DNA from: Firmicutes bacterium CAG:341
GTDB lineage: Bacteria; Bacillota; Clostridia; Oscillospirales; Acutalibacteraceae
Assembly (NCBI GenBank): GCA_000434995.1
Contig: FR895304.1
Span: 29,582-93,581 of the forward strand
DNA length: 64,000 bases
Direction of reading: 5' to 3'
The notes under the pieces: generated by a model
Seen by the model: only the letters and a program-made list of their open reading frames with translations
Database searches by the model: none
Told to the model about the DNA's origin: nothing
Part shown: piece by piece, positions 49,092 through 58,992 of the stretch
Layout of the letters: every line of letters starts with the position of its first letter
Numbering within the stretch: position 1 is the stretch's first letter
Made by a program: the position numbers and the translations under genes

Positions 49092-49626
49092 AATTCTTAC
49101 TCTTTAAAATTTCAACAACCTCAATATTGCCATCAACAAGCATTTCGATAATTGAGTTATTATTAAAACTTTTATTACTCCAATATTGCTCGGCAAGCAT
49201 AAGATTCTCTTGTTCATTTAATCTACCGTCAAAGCATTTTTCTGCATCACCGTAAAATACATTGCCATTAACTTTTAGTTTGACAATTTGGAATGTTGGC
49301 CTACATAAGCTAATAAAATAGTCAAACCATTTTTCTGCTTCTTCAAGGGTTTTAGAAACATAAAGGCAAGCCATTCTTGACGGATAATTCGGATATTTAT
49401 CCACTCTTACTTTTTCAAGTGCAAGCTCTCTTAACGCAACAGAGGTATGGTGTTCTAAAACCGTATTTTTATAGTTATCAGGCCAATTATAAATATCATT
49501 CACAATGTCCGTTTTTTCATTAACTCTTTGCCATACTCCGTTATGATGATTTTGATCAAATTTAATATGTTGACCTATATACATAGGCTTTTCGGTTACC
49601 ACATGATAAACAATTAGTTCTTTCAT
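49063..49626 (-). CDS. Hypothetical protein.
   Basis: 187 aa. No recognisable motif. Confidence 0.45.
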   Translation of the reverse strand: MKELIVYHVVTEKPMYIGQHIKFDQNHHNGVWQRVNEKTDIVNDIYNWPDNYKNTVLEHHTSVALRELALEKVRVDKYPNYPSRMACLYVSKTLEEAEKWFDYFISLCRPTFQIVKLKVNGNVFYGDAEKCFDGRLNEQENLMLAEQYWSNKSFNNNSIIEMLVDGNIEVVEILKSKNYVQKRSDSN

Positions 49627-50102
49627 AATTCCAATTCCATAAATCCGACGGTAAAGGGCAAATGTTCGTATTTCCTTGTACCTGTATGAACAAAGCCAAG
49701 CGCTTTATACCATTCTTTTAAAACCGTATTTTCTTCTACAATTCCTATTTTAATTTTATTTAAATCAAGTGTTTTTTTGCAATAATCAACTGCAAAGCTT
49801 ACTAATTCTTTGCCTATTCCAAGATGTCTGTAATCAGGCAAAACAGATAAATTATTTATCTCTGCACTATCATCATTTACACTTAATGAAAAGTAGCCCA
49901 CAGGTGCATTGACATGCTCATATAAAAACATAGAATTACCATTTTCAAATTGATTTTGGAGCTTTCGCAAAGGCATAAATGCAGTATGACTTGGGCAATT
50001 TTCTTTAGTCAAATTCATATCATCAGCAACTGTTTGAAAACTTTTATGAATTATATCAAGGCAGGTATTCAATTGCTCATTTTTTGTAACTTTATAAATC
50101 AT
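49623..50102 (-). CDS. GNAT family N-acetyltransferase.
   Basis: 159 aa. HLGIGKELV motif. Confidence 0.7.
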   Translation of the reverse strand: MIYKVTKNEQLNTCLDIIHKSFQTVADDMNLTKENCPSHTAFMPLRKLQNQFENGNSMFLYEHVNAPVGYFSLSVNDDSAEINNLSVLPDYRHLGIGKELVSFAVDYCKKTLDLNKIKIGIVEENTVLKEWYKALGFVHTGTRKYEHLPFTVGFMELEL

Positions 50103-50163
50103 AGTTAAACATCCTTAACATTTTATAACTCAATCATACCATAATAGAGATATAATTGCAAAA

Positions 50164-50219
50164 AAACGCCCCTGATAACAGGAGCATTTTGGATAAACAG
50201 ATTATCTCTTTGAGAACTG
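50164..50219. repeat. Direct repeat copy 1: duplicated rpsI 3' end (last ~7 codons) plus terminator hairpin.
   Basis: 56-nt match to 50447-50502 with one a/g difference. Contains the hairpin aaacgcccctg-ataa-caggagcatttt. Confidence 0.8.
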
Positions 50220-50435
50220 GCTCGTTTGTGACCGCTGCCTGCGGCAGTTAAAGGGAACAACAAGAGCTTAGTAGCGGTCTGAAAATTCGAGTATCATTTA
50301 TGATACGATAAATTTTTAGGGCACCGCCCTGCGAGGTGCACGAAAAGCTCGATAAAATCTACTCGCTACGAAACAGTCCACCGGACTGTTTCTCCCAAAT
50401 CCGTTTTTCCTTCGTCGACGAATTTGGAGCCTCGT

Positions 50436-50476
50436 GTCTCAAAAAAGCACGAAAACGCCCCTGATAACAGGAGCGT
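50436..50476 (-). terminator. rpsI terminator (native copy).
   Basis: Stem aaaacgcccctg/caggagcgtttt followed by a TTTTTT tract on the minus strand immediately after the rpsI stop. Confidence 0.7.
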
Positions 50477-50490
50477 TTTGGATAAACAGA

Positions 50491-50889
50491 TTATCTCTTT
50501 GAGAACTGTGGTGCACGACGAGCTTTTTTGAGACCCGGTTTCTTTCTTTCCTTCATTCTTTGGTCACGAGTAAGGAATCCAGCCTTCTTAAGTGCAGGAC
50601 GAAGTGATTCGTCATACTGAAGAAGAGCTCTTGCAATACCGTGACGGATTGCACCAGCCTGGCCTGTTACGCCGCCGCCGTTTACTCTGCATACAACATC
50701 AAGCTTTTCGCCTGTTTCTGTAAGAGCAAGTGGCTGACGAACGATAAGCTTAAGTGTTTCAAGACCAAAGTAATCGTCAATATCTCTGTCGTTAATTGTG
50801 ATTTTGCCGGTACCTGCGTATAAGCGTACACGAGCTACTGATTCTTTTCTTCTACCTGTTCCGTAGAAATATGGATTAGTTTCATACAT
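50491..50889 (-). CDS. rpsI: 30S ribosomal protein S9.
   Basis: 132 aa, ending …RRAPQFSKR. Confidence 0.95.
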   Translation of the reverse strand: MYETNPYFYGTGRRKESVARVRLYAGTGKITINDRDIDDYFGLETLKLIVRQPLALTETGEKLDVVCRVNGGGVTGQAGAIRHGIARALLQYDESLRPALKKAGFLTRDQRMKERKKPGLKKARRAPQFSKR

Positions 50890-50906
50890 AACTCAGATAC
50901 CTCCTA

Positions 50907-51335
50907 TTATAATTCATAAGCTACCGGCTTTTGAGCCTCGTGCTTATGTTCTGCGTTCTTATAGATATGGCATCTTGTAAGCTGCTTTCTGCCAAGTGTT
51001 GTATCAGGAATCATACCCTTTACAGCAAGTTGCATAGCGAAATCGCTCTTTTCTGCCATAAGTGTGCCGTACTTAACTTCCTTAAGGTTACCGATATAAC
51101 CTGTGTGGTGCTGATAAAGCTTTTTATTAAGCTTATCGCCTGTAAGAACTGCCTTGTCTGTGTTGATAATAATTACGAAGTCACCGCAATCTACATTTGG
51201 TGTGAAGATTGGCTTGTGCTTACCTCTGAGAAGAGCTGCAGCTTCACTTGCTACACGACCAAGAGGCTTGCCGGCTGCATCAATAACATACCAGTTACGA
51301 GTGATTTCGTCAGCTTTTGGTAAAAATGTTGACAT
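50907..51335 (-). CDS. rplM: 50S ribosomal protein L13.
   Basis: Start at the ATG of MSTFLPKA with an AGGAGG ribosome-binding site. The ORF track's TTG extension is probably spurious. Confidence 0.95.
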   Translation of the reverse strand: MSTFLPKADEITRNWYVIDAAGKPLGRVASEAAALLRGKHKPIFTPNVDCGDFVIIINTDKAVLTGDKLNKKLYQHHTGYIGNLKEVKYGTLMAEKSDFAMQLAVKGMIPDTTLGRKQLTRCHIYKNAEHKHEAQKPVAYEL

Positions 51336-51390
51336 AATCAAATCCTCCTAAATAATTAACCTAAACGGTTCTTTTTTCTTTTGCTCGAAT

Positions 51391-51419
51391 ATAATAACAC
51401 AAGAGAGATTATTAGTCAA
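51391..51419 (-). promoter_or_regulatory. Putative promoter of rplM-rpsI (TTGACT, 17 bp, TATTAT).
   Basis: Minus-strand TTGACT at 51414-51419 and TATTAT at 51391-51396. Confidence 0.4.
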
Positions 51420-51497
51420 CAACATTTTTATAAATATAGTAATAATCTCTCATTTACTCACTTTTTCTCGTTTTTTCATATATAATGCTCGATTAAA

Positions 51498-51527
51498 ATA
51501 TAAAATAAGGGTAACAGCAGATTAGCT
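51498..51527 (-). terminator. Terminator of the PFOR gene.
   Basis: 12-bp stem aagggtaacagc/gctgttaccctt followed by a U-rich tract on the minus strand. Confidence 0.65.
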
Positions 51528-51554
51528 GTTACCCTTAAATATTTTTAACTATTA

Positions 51555-54500
51555 TCAGTCTTTGCTCGGAGCATAGAAGTCAACAAGCTTTGCAAGCTTA
51601 TTATACTTTTCTATTGAATTCTCGGCAGCAATACCAAAGAGTTCTTCTGCTTTACCAGGGAATGAACGCTTAAGAGCAGAATATCTTGTTTCGCCCTCAA
51701 TAAATTCAACATAGTCGGCAGTAGGAGCTTTGCTGTCAAGTGAGAACGGATTCTTACCTTCTTCAGCAAGAGCAGGATTAAATCTAAACAAATTCCAATA
51801 ACCTGCCATAACAGCCTTCTTTTGCTCTGCCTGGTTAAACGGCATTTTAATACCGTGATTGATACAAGGAGCATAGCAGATGATAAGTGAAGGGCCGTTA
51901 TATGCTGCTGCTTCCTGGAATGCTTTCAAGCATTGTGCGGCATTTGCGCCCATAGCAACTTGAGCAACATAAACATAGCCATAGCTCATAGCAATTTGAG
52001 CAAGGTCTTTCTTCTTAACTACTTTACCTGAAGCGGCAAATTTAGCAACAGCGCCGGTAGGAGTAGCTTTAGATGCTTGACCACCTGTATTTGAATATAC
52101 TTCGGTATCAAATACCACAATATTGACATCCTGATTTTGAGCAATTACATGGTCAAGACCGCCAAAGCCAATATCATAAGCCCAACCGTCACCGCCGAAG
52201 ATAAACTGATACTTCTTTGCAGCATAATCCTTATCTTTAAGAAAATCTACTTTAGCATCATTAGCTTCACCATCAAGCTCTGTATTTTCAAGAGCGGCAA
52301 TAAGAGCATCGCTTGCTTCTGTATTAGCAGCGGCATCATCATAAGTATCAAGCCAAGCCTGAACCTTATCTGCAACAGGAGTATCAAGAAGAACCTGTGC
52401 ATCATTTGCAAGTCTTTCACGAATTTGCTTTTGAGCAAGCATCATACCATAGCCAAATTCAGCATTATCTTCAAACAATGAGTTTGACCAAGCAGGGCCG
52501 TGACCCTTTTTATCAACTGTATATGGAGTTGAAGGAGCAGAACCACCCCAGATTGAAGAACAACCTGTTGCGTTTGCAATATACATTCTGTCACCGTAAA
52601 GCTGGGTTGCAAGCTTTGCATAAGGTGTTTCACCGCAACCAGCGCAAGCACCTGAGAATTCAAGATACGGCTTTCTGTACTGAACACCGATAGTATTATT
52701 AGTAAGAACTTCCGGTTTAGCGTCAATCTGTGAAAGTGCATCATATACAGGCTGTGATTTAAGTTGAGAAGCAATAGGTTTCATTGTAAGTGACTTGGTA
52801 GGGCAAACATTTGCACATGAGCCGCAACCTGTACAGTCAAGAGTAGAAACAATGATAGCATACTGATAATCAGTCTTTTTATGTTTAACAAGCTGTGTGC
52901 CTTCAGGAGCGTTCTTAACTTCTTCTTCATTAAGGCAAACAGGGCGAATTACAGCGTGAGGGCAAACCATTGAACAAAGGTTACACTGGGCACACTTTGT
53001 ACCGTCCCATTCAGGAACAGTAATTGCAATACCTCTTTTTTCAAATGCGGCAGAACCCTGCGGATATACACCGTCCGCTCTGTCAACAAACTTTGAAACA
53101 GGTAAATCATCACCGTGAAGATGGTCGATAGGATGAAGAATATTCTTAACAAAATCTTTCATTTCAGGGCGATTTGTAGGAATAACAATTTCTTTTTCTT
53201 CATCAACTGCATCTTTCCAGCTTTCAGGAACATCGATTTTAACAACTTCTTTAGAACCTCTGTCAATACCGTTGCAGTTAGCGTTTACAACAGCTTCGCC
53301 TTTTTTAGAGAACTTCTTAACAACAGCCTTCTTCATAAGTTCAATTGCCTTATCAACAGGGATAATATTAGCAATTGTGAAGAATGCAGACTGAAGAATT
53401 GTTGAAGCTCTGCCTGGAAGACCTACTTCTTCCGCAATCTTGATACCGTTGATTGTGTAGAAGTTGATATTATTTTCAGCAATATACTTCTTCATTTTAG
53501 CAGGAAGCTGCTTATCAAGCTCTTCAGGTGACCAAATACAGTTAAGAAGGAATGTACCGCCCGGTACAATATCCTGCACCATATCATACTTGGTTACATA
53601 TGAAGGGTTATGGCAAGCTACAAAATTAGCTTTATTGATAAGATATGTTGAAGTAATAGGTGATGAACCAAAACGAAGATGTGATACTGTGATACCACCT
53701 GATTTCTTTGAATCATAGAAGAAGTAACCTTGAGCATACATATCGGTATTATCACCGATGATTTTGATAGAATCTTTGTTTGCACCTACTGTACCGTCTG
53801 AACCAAGACCCCAGAATTTACAAGAAGTTGTACCCTTTGGTGTTGTATCCGGGCTTTCTGTTACATCAAGTGAAAGATTTGTAACATCATCATTGATTGA
53901 AAGTGTAAATTCAGTCTTTGGCTGTGGTGCATTCATATTATTATAAACAGAAATTATATGTGCAGGAAGAGTATCTTTAGAACCTAAACCGTAACGACCA
54001 CCGTATACAGGTACATCACTGAACTTTGAGTTTTTAAGAGCTGCAACTACATCAAGGAAAAGAGGTTCACCGAGAGAACCCGGCTCTTTAGTTCTGTCAA
54101 TTACAGAAATGAACTTGACACTGTCAGGAACAACATCAATAAGGTGCTTAACCGAGAAAGGTCTGTAAAGATGAACTTTAATCATACCTACTTTCTCACC
54201 ACGGGCATTGAGGAAATCAACTGTTTCCTTAATTGTATCGCATACAGAACCCATAGCAACAATAACTCTGTCTGCATCTTCTGCACCATAATAATTGAAA
54301 AGCTTATAATCTGTGCCAAGCTTTTCGTTTACCATATTCATATACATTTCAGTTGTTGCAACTGCGTCATTATAATACTTGTTACAAGCCTCTCTGTGCT
54401 GGAAGAAAATATCGCTGTTTTCTGCCGAACCGCGAAGAACAGGCCTTTCAGGATTAAGCGCCCTTGCACGAAATGCCTGCACATCATCCATATCAACCAT

Positions 54501-55079
54501 TGATTTGAGGTCATCATAATCCCAAACTTCAATTTTCTGAATTTCGTGTGAAGTGCGGAAACCGTCAAAGAAATGAAGAAACGGAACTCTGCTCTTAAGA
54601 GTTGAAAGATGAGCAACTGCACCAAGGTCCATAACCTCCTGCACATTTGCAGAGCAAAGCATTGCATAACCTGTTTGACGGCAAGCCATAACATCGGAAT
54701 GGTCACCGAAAATATTAAGTGCGTGGGTTGATACACAACGAGCCGATACATGAATTACAGACGGAATAAGTTCACCTGCAATTTTGTACATATTAGGAAT
54801 CATCAAAAGAAGGCCCTGTGATGCGGTATATGTAGTAGTAAGTGCGCCTGCGGAAAGCGAACCGTGAACAGCACCTGCTGCACCGCCCTCTGATTCCATT
54901 TCAGCTACACGAACTGTTTGTCCGAAAATATTTTTAACACCTCTTGCTGCCATAGCATCTGTTTCCTCAGCCATATTTGATGACGGAGTAATAGGATAAA
55001 TAGCAGCGACCTCTGTAAACGCGTAACTTACATGTGCAGCAGCACTGTTACCGTCCATGGTCTTTTTCTTTCTTGCCAT
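51555..55079 (-). CDS. nifJ: Pyruvate:ferredoxin (flavodoxin) oxidoreductase.
   Basis: 1174 aa. N-terminus MARKKKTMDGNSAAAHVSYAF…. 4Fe-4S CxxCxxCxxxCP motifs. TPP-binding GGDGW. Confidence 0.95.
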   Translation of the reverse strand: MARKKKTMDGNSAAAHVSYAFTEVAAIYPITPSSNMAEETDAMAARGVKNIFGQTVRVAEMESEGGAAGAVHGSLSAGALTTTYTASQGLLLMIPNMYKIAGELIPSVIHVSARCVSTHALNIFGDHSDVMACRQTGYAMLCSANVQEVMDLGAVAHLSTLKSRVPFLHFFDGFRTSHEIQKIEVWDYDDLKSMVDMDDVQAFRARALNPERPVLRGSAENSDIFFQHREACNKYYNDAVATTEMYMNMVNEKLGTDYKLFNYYGAEDADRVIVAMGSVCDTIKETVDFLNARGEKVGMIKVHLYRPFSVKHLIDVVPDSVKFISVIDRTKEPGSLGEPLFLDVVAALKNSKFSDVPVYGGRYGLGSKDTLPAHIISVYNNMNAPQPKTEFTLSINDDVTNLSLDVTESPDTTPKGTTSCKFWGLGSDGTVGANKDSIKIIGDNTDMYAQGYFFYDSKKSGGITVSHLRFGSSPITSTYLINKANFVACHNPSYVTKYDMVQDIVPGGTFLLNCIWSPEELDKQLPAKMKKYIAENNINFYTINGIKIAEEVGLPGRASTILQSAFFTIANIIPVDKAIELMKKAVVKKFSKKGEAVVNANCNGIDRGSKEVVKIDVPESWKDAVDEEKEIVIPTNRPEMKDFVKNILHPIDHLHGDDLPVSKFVDRADGVYPQGSAAFEKRGIAITVPEWDGTKCAQCNLCSMVCPHAVIRPVCLNEEEVKNAPEGTQLVKHKKTDYQYAIIVSTLDCTGCGSCANVCPTKSLTMKPIASQLKSQPVYDALSQIDAKPEVLTNNTIGVQYRKPYLEFSGACAGCGETPYAKLATQLYGDRMYIANATGCSSIWGGSAPSTPYTVDKKGHGPAWSNSLFEDNAEFGYGMMLAQKQIRERLANDAQVLLDTPVADKVQAWLDTYDDAAANTEASDALIAALENTELDGEANDAKVDFLKDKDYAAKKYQFIFGGDGWAYDIGFGGLDHVIAQNQDVNIVVFDTEVYSNTGGQASKATPTGAVAKFAASGKVVKKKDLAQIAMSYGYVYVAQVAMGANAAQCLKAFQEAAAYNGPSLIICYAPCINHGIKMPFNQAEQKKAVMAGYWNLFRFNPALAEEGKNPFSLDSKAPTADYVEFIEGETRYSALKRSFPGKAEELFGIAAENSIEKYNKLAKLVDFYAPSKD

Positions 55080-55248
55080 AAATTTTCCTCCCTAAAGTTA
55101 AAAAAGCAATATTATAATGAATGTAAAATCAAGCGATATGCAAATATTATATTTGTGCATATCAATAGCTACATTACTATAATTTTAATTATATCACTAT
55201 AAATTTTTAAATTCAACAGTTATTTATTATACAAAAATGCGATTCGCA

Positions 55249-55998
55249 TCAGTCTAAACCGCCGTCTACAACATCAACACCGGCAACAGGTGAAATTGTA
55301 CCTCTGTCCTCATCCGATTTAATAACAACAGAATTTGTTTCATTTGAAATTTCAGCTTCTGAAAAGTGGATAATCACCTTAACATCACCTTTGATTTTAC
55401 CAAGGCTGTATTTTTTTACGGTTTTACCGTCAAGTTTAACAATATCATAGTCAACTTCTTTTTTCTTATCAGCCTTATCTTCAAACATTAAATGTTCGTA
55501 TTTCTTATCATCAATCCTTTTATACCTTACATAAAGCTTTGATTCAATATTGCTTTTATTAGGCAGTTCAACGAAAAGAAATACTTCACGCGATTTAGGC
55601 TTTTCAGTTGTTGATTGCTCGGTTGCTTGGCTTGATATCTCATCAGCCTTTTCGTCTTTCTTTGTTGCTTTTTGTGCTGAATTCTTTTTCGTGGTTTTTT
55701 CTTTTTTACTGTTTTTATCTTTTTTCGCAACGGTATTCTTGTCGCTTTTATTTGCCTTTTTGGTAGTAGTTTTCGAATCTTTACCGTTTGAGTTTGAATT
55801 TTGATTTGCGCTTTGAGTTGCGCTTTGAGTTGCGTGAACTGTTTCACCATTTGAATTTGTTACAGTTTCATTCTGAACAGTTGATGAAGGAAGTGTTGCA
55901 TCCGTATCCTTATATTTTTTTGAAGAACAGGAAGCAAATACAAACGCAACTGACATAATCATCAAAACAGCCATTAAAATTGAAATTACTTTTTTCAT
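55249..55998 (-). CDS. Hypothetical lipoprotein with a Lys/Thr/Ser-rich low-complexity linker.
   Basis: Signal peptide with an FASC lipobox. Tandem TQSATQSA encoded by a 12-nt DNA repeat. Confidence 0.55.
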   Translation of the reverse strand: MKKVISILMAVLMIMSVAFVFASCSSKKYKDTDATLPSSTVQNETVTNSNGETVHATQSATQSANQNSNSNGKDSKTTTKKANKSDKNTVAKKDKNSKKEKTTKKNSAQKATKKDEKADEISSQATEQSTTEKPKSREVFLFVELPNKSNIESKLYVRYKRIDDKKYEHLMFEDKADKKKEVDYDIVKLDGKTVKKYSLGKIKGDVKVIIHFSEAEISNETNSVVIKSDEDRGTISPVAGVDVVDGGLD

Positions 55999-56035
55999 AA
56001 TAAATTACACCTTAATTCAAATATTATAATAATTA

Positions 56036-57931
56036 TTATATAAACATATTAAATGAAGCATCACTCGGCATTCGCCAATCACCGCGCGGGCTGAGTGAAA
56101 CAGAACCAACCTTTGGTGAGTCCGGAATACAGGAACGCTTAAACTGACTTATAAAAAATCTTTTTGTAAATACCCCGAGCCACTTTGCAATTGCAGCTTC
56201 ATCATACTTTGAGCCAAAAGCTTTCAAGGCAAGTTTTTCAATCTTTTCTTTTGAAAAGCCGAAACGAACAAAGTTATACAAAAAGAAATCGTGAAGTTCA
56301 TAAGGGCCGATATTATCCTCCGTCTTTTGAGCTATATTACCGTTTTCATCAGGCGGTAAAAGTTCAGGCGAAACAGGAGTGTCAAGCACATCATAAAGAA
56401 TATCGGCAGTAGCCTTATCACTTACTCTTGCAACATATTCAACAAGGTATTTAACGAGGGTTTTAGGTACACTTGCGTTAACACCGTACATACTCATATG
56501 GTCACCGTTATATGTGCACCAACCCATAGCAAGTTCGCTCAAATCCCCTGTTCCTACAAGAAGCTTACCGTGCTTATTCGCAAGGTCAAATAAAATTTGC
56601 GTTCTTTCCCTTGCCTGCGTATTTTCATAGGTAATATCTTTAACTCTGCTGTCGTGTTCAATATCATTCATATGCAAAATACACGCGTCTTTAATACTAA
56701 TTTCTTTTATAGTTACACCGAGTGACTTCATAAGCTCAAGCGCATTTTGATAAGTTCTGTCCGTAGTGCCGAAGCCGGGCATTGTTACACCCAAAATATC
56801 ACTGCTGCTTTTACCGAGAAGTTTCATAGCCTGCACGCTGACTAACAGCGCAAGCGTTGAATCAAGCCCACCGGATATACCTACAACAACACCGTTTGAG
56901 CCAACATGTTCAATTCTTTTAGCAAGGCCGGATGCCTGAATTGCAAATATTTCCTTACAACGTTCTTCCCTTTTTGCATCATCACTCGGAACAAAAGGCA
57001 TTGAATCAACATATCTGTATTCAAGGTCATTTGCTTTATTTTCAAGATTTAATTTAACAAGTTCAACTTCGCCGCTGATATTTTCAAATGACATATCAGC
57101 CCGCCTTTGAGCCATAAGTTTTTCAACATCAACATCTGCAACGGTAAGCACATTTTCACGCTCAAAGCGTTCACCCTCGCTTAAAATTGCACCGTTTTCA
57201 CATACAAGTGTAGCCCCGCTGAACACAAGGTCAGTCGTACTTTCAAAAACAGATGCACCGCTGTAAACATATGCACAAATACATCTTGCCGATTGGTTTG
57301 AAACAAGTTCACGCCTATACTGTGCCTTGGATACATATTCGTCACTTGCCGAAAGGTTCGCAATAATATTAGCACCTTGAAGCACAAGCGTACTGCTTGG
57401 CGGATTAGGCACCCACAAATCTTCGCACAATTCAATTCCCAAAACTGCACCTTGCCCCAAATCAAAAATCATATCGCCTATTTGGGTGTCAAACCCTGCA
57501 AAAGATATTGGCTGTGCAAATTCAAAATCAAGACCTGATGCAAACCACCTTTTTTCATAAAATTCATTGTAATTTGCAAGATGCTTTTTTGGAACAATGC
57601 CCTTAACACCTGAATTATCCAAAACAACTGCGCAGTTATATATTTTGTTATAAAACGCAACCGGAGTGCCGAGTACAACCACAATATCTTTTTCTTTAAT
57701 ATAATCTGCAATTATGCTCACTGCTTTTTCGCTTTTTTTGATAATCACATCGGTAAAAAACAAATCGGCACAAGTATAGCCGGTCACTGAAAGTTCAGGG
57801 GTAACAAGAAGCTTTACACCCATTTCAAGTGCCTTATCAATAGCTTCTTTTATCATTGAAACATTGAAGCTGACATCGGCAACCTTAAGTTTCAGTGAAC
57901 TTGCAGATATTCTTATAAAACCATAATTCAT
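56036..57931 (-). CDS. nadE: Glutamine-dependent NAD+ synthetase.
   Basis: 631 aa. N-terminal CN-hydrolase domain and a C-terminal NAD synthetase domain with GISGGLDSTL. Confidence 0.9.
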   Translation of the reverse strand: MNYGFIRISASSLKLKVADVSFNVSMIKEAIDKALEMGVKLLVTPELSVTGYTCADLFFTDVIIKKSEKAVSIIADYIKEKDIVVVLGTPVAFYNKIYNCAVVLDNSGVKGIVPKKHLANYNEFYEKRWFASGLDFEFAQPISFAGFDTQIGDMIFDLGQGAVLGIELCEDLWVPNPPSSTLVLQGANIIANLSASDEYVSKAQYRRELVSNQSARCICAYVYSGASVFESTTDLVFSGATLVCENGAILSEGERFERENVLTVADVDVEKLMAQRRADMSFENISGEVELVKLNLENKANDLEYRYVDSMPFVPSDDAKREERCKEIFAIQASGLAKRIEHVGSNGVVVGISGGLDSTLALLVSVQAMKLLGKSSSDILGVTMPGFGTTDRTYQNALELMKSLGVTIKEISIKDACILHMNDIEHDSRVKDITYENTQARERTQILFDLANKHGKLLVGTGDLSELAMGWCTYNGDHMSMYGVNASVPKTLVKYLVEYVARVSDKATADILYDVLDTPVSPELLPPDENGNIAQKTEDNIGPYELHDFFLYNFVRFGFSKEKIEKLALKAFGSKYDEAAIAKWLGVFTKRFFISQFKRSCIPDSPKVGSVSLSPRGDWRMPSDASFNMFI

Positions 57932-57986
57932 AGCATCACCATTTGGTATTTTATTATTATATTATTAACTGAATATATATAATAGA

Positions 57987-58862
57987 TTAAATCATTGTAA
58001 TTTTAAATTTGAATGAAGCAATTTCGTTTGGTGCAAGGACAGTCATTCCTCTTTTATGTTCAAAAATTCCGTCTTCATCACTGCAGCTTGCAAGCCCCGT
58101 CCACGGTTCAAGCGCAACAAACGGAGCATTGCCGACAGCAGACCATACAAGCAAATTATTCATATCCTGGTATTCAATTTTAATACCTTTTCCGTTTTTG
58201 CCGATAAGTGTTGCACTTTTTGCTTCGCAATTTTCAAAAATAAGTGCATCTTTTTCTTCAAACAATTCGTGAACAAGGGGCAAAGTATTGCCGCCGTGCA
58301 TTTCATCAAACTTTTGGCTTACATCAACAAGGCCTGAATGGTGGTCAGGGCGAAGGCATGGCTTTGTAATATTTTTATCAAACACAACCTTATAATCTTC
58401 AAATTTCTCATCGCTGTCAATAGGGCAATTAAATGCCGGATGCCCGCCGATTACAAATGGAAGGTCGCAATCGCCTGTATTTTTAATAATATATTCATTA
58501 GTTACGGTATCACCGCATATTGTGTACTTAATTTTAAGTTCGTAATCAAAAGGAAATTCACGCTTTGTATTTTCGTTACTGTGCTGAACAAATGTAACGC
58601 TGTTTTTGCACTGTTCATCCACTTCAAACGGATTTATTCTTGCAACACCGTGGCGCTTCATTGTGCATTTTTTGCCAAAAGCTTCCATTTCACCGTTTGG
58701 CAACACACCGGTTATAGGAAAACAAACGGGAGCTTGACCTGCCCAATACTTTGAATCCCCCTGCCAAAGATATTCCGTACCGTTTTTATTAAGGGAATTG
58801 AGCATAGCACCATCAAGTCCTAAAACAGCATAATTGTTTTCACTTGTTATTTTTATTTTCAT
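57987..58862 (-). CDS. Aldose 1-epimerase family protein.
   Basis: 291 aa, galactose mutarotase-like fold motifs. Confidence 0.65.
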   Translation of the reverse strand: MKIKITSENNYAVLGLDGAMLNSLNKNGTEYLWQGDSKYWAGQAPVCFPITGVLPNGEMEAFGKKCTMKRHGVARINPFEVDEQCKNSVTFVQHSNENTKREFPFDYELKIKYTICGDTVTNEYIIKNTGDCDLPFVIGGHPAFNCPIDSDEKFEDYKVVFDKNITKPCLRPDHHSGLVDVSQKFDEMHGGNTLPLVHELFEEKDALIFENCEAKSATLIGKNGKGIKIEYQDMNNLLVWSAVGNAPFVALEPWTGLASCSDEDGIFEHKRGMTVLAPNEIASFKFKITMI

Positions 58863-58992
58863 AGTATCAATCCTAACTTTATATGTAGTTTTACATATTT
58901 TAATTATAACTTATATAAAATTATAATGCAATATTGAAAATGAATAATATATAGTATATAATAATCATAAATTAAAACACAGGAGAATACAA

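Noticed and set aside
50220-50453. tmRNA, SRP RNA or tRNA in the structured spacer downstream of rpsI.
   Set aside because: It is too short for tmRNA and lacks the tmRNA 5'/3' acceptor and TΨC-like ends. There is no SRP domain IV motif (GGAA…AGCA) and no tRNA cloverleaf with a GTTCGAATC T-loop. It is kept only as an unexplained structured repeat region.
55232-55244. 13-nt palindrome atgcgaTtcgcat immediately after the lipoprotein gene stop.
   Set aside because: It is too short to act as a terminator (no loop) and has no partner site. It could be a chance dyad.
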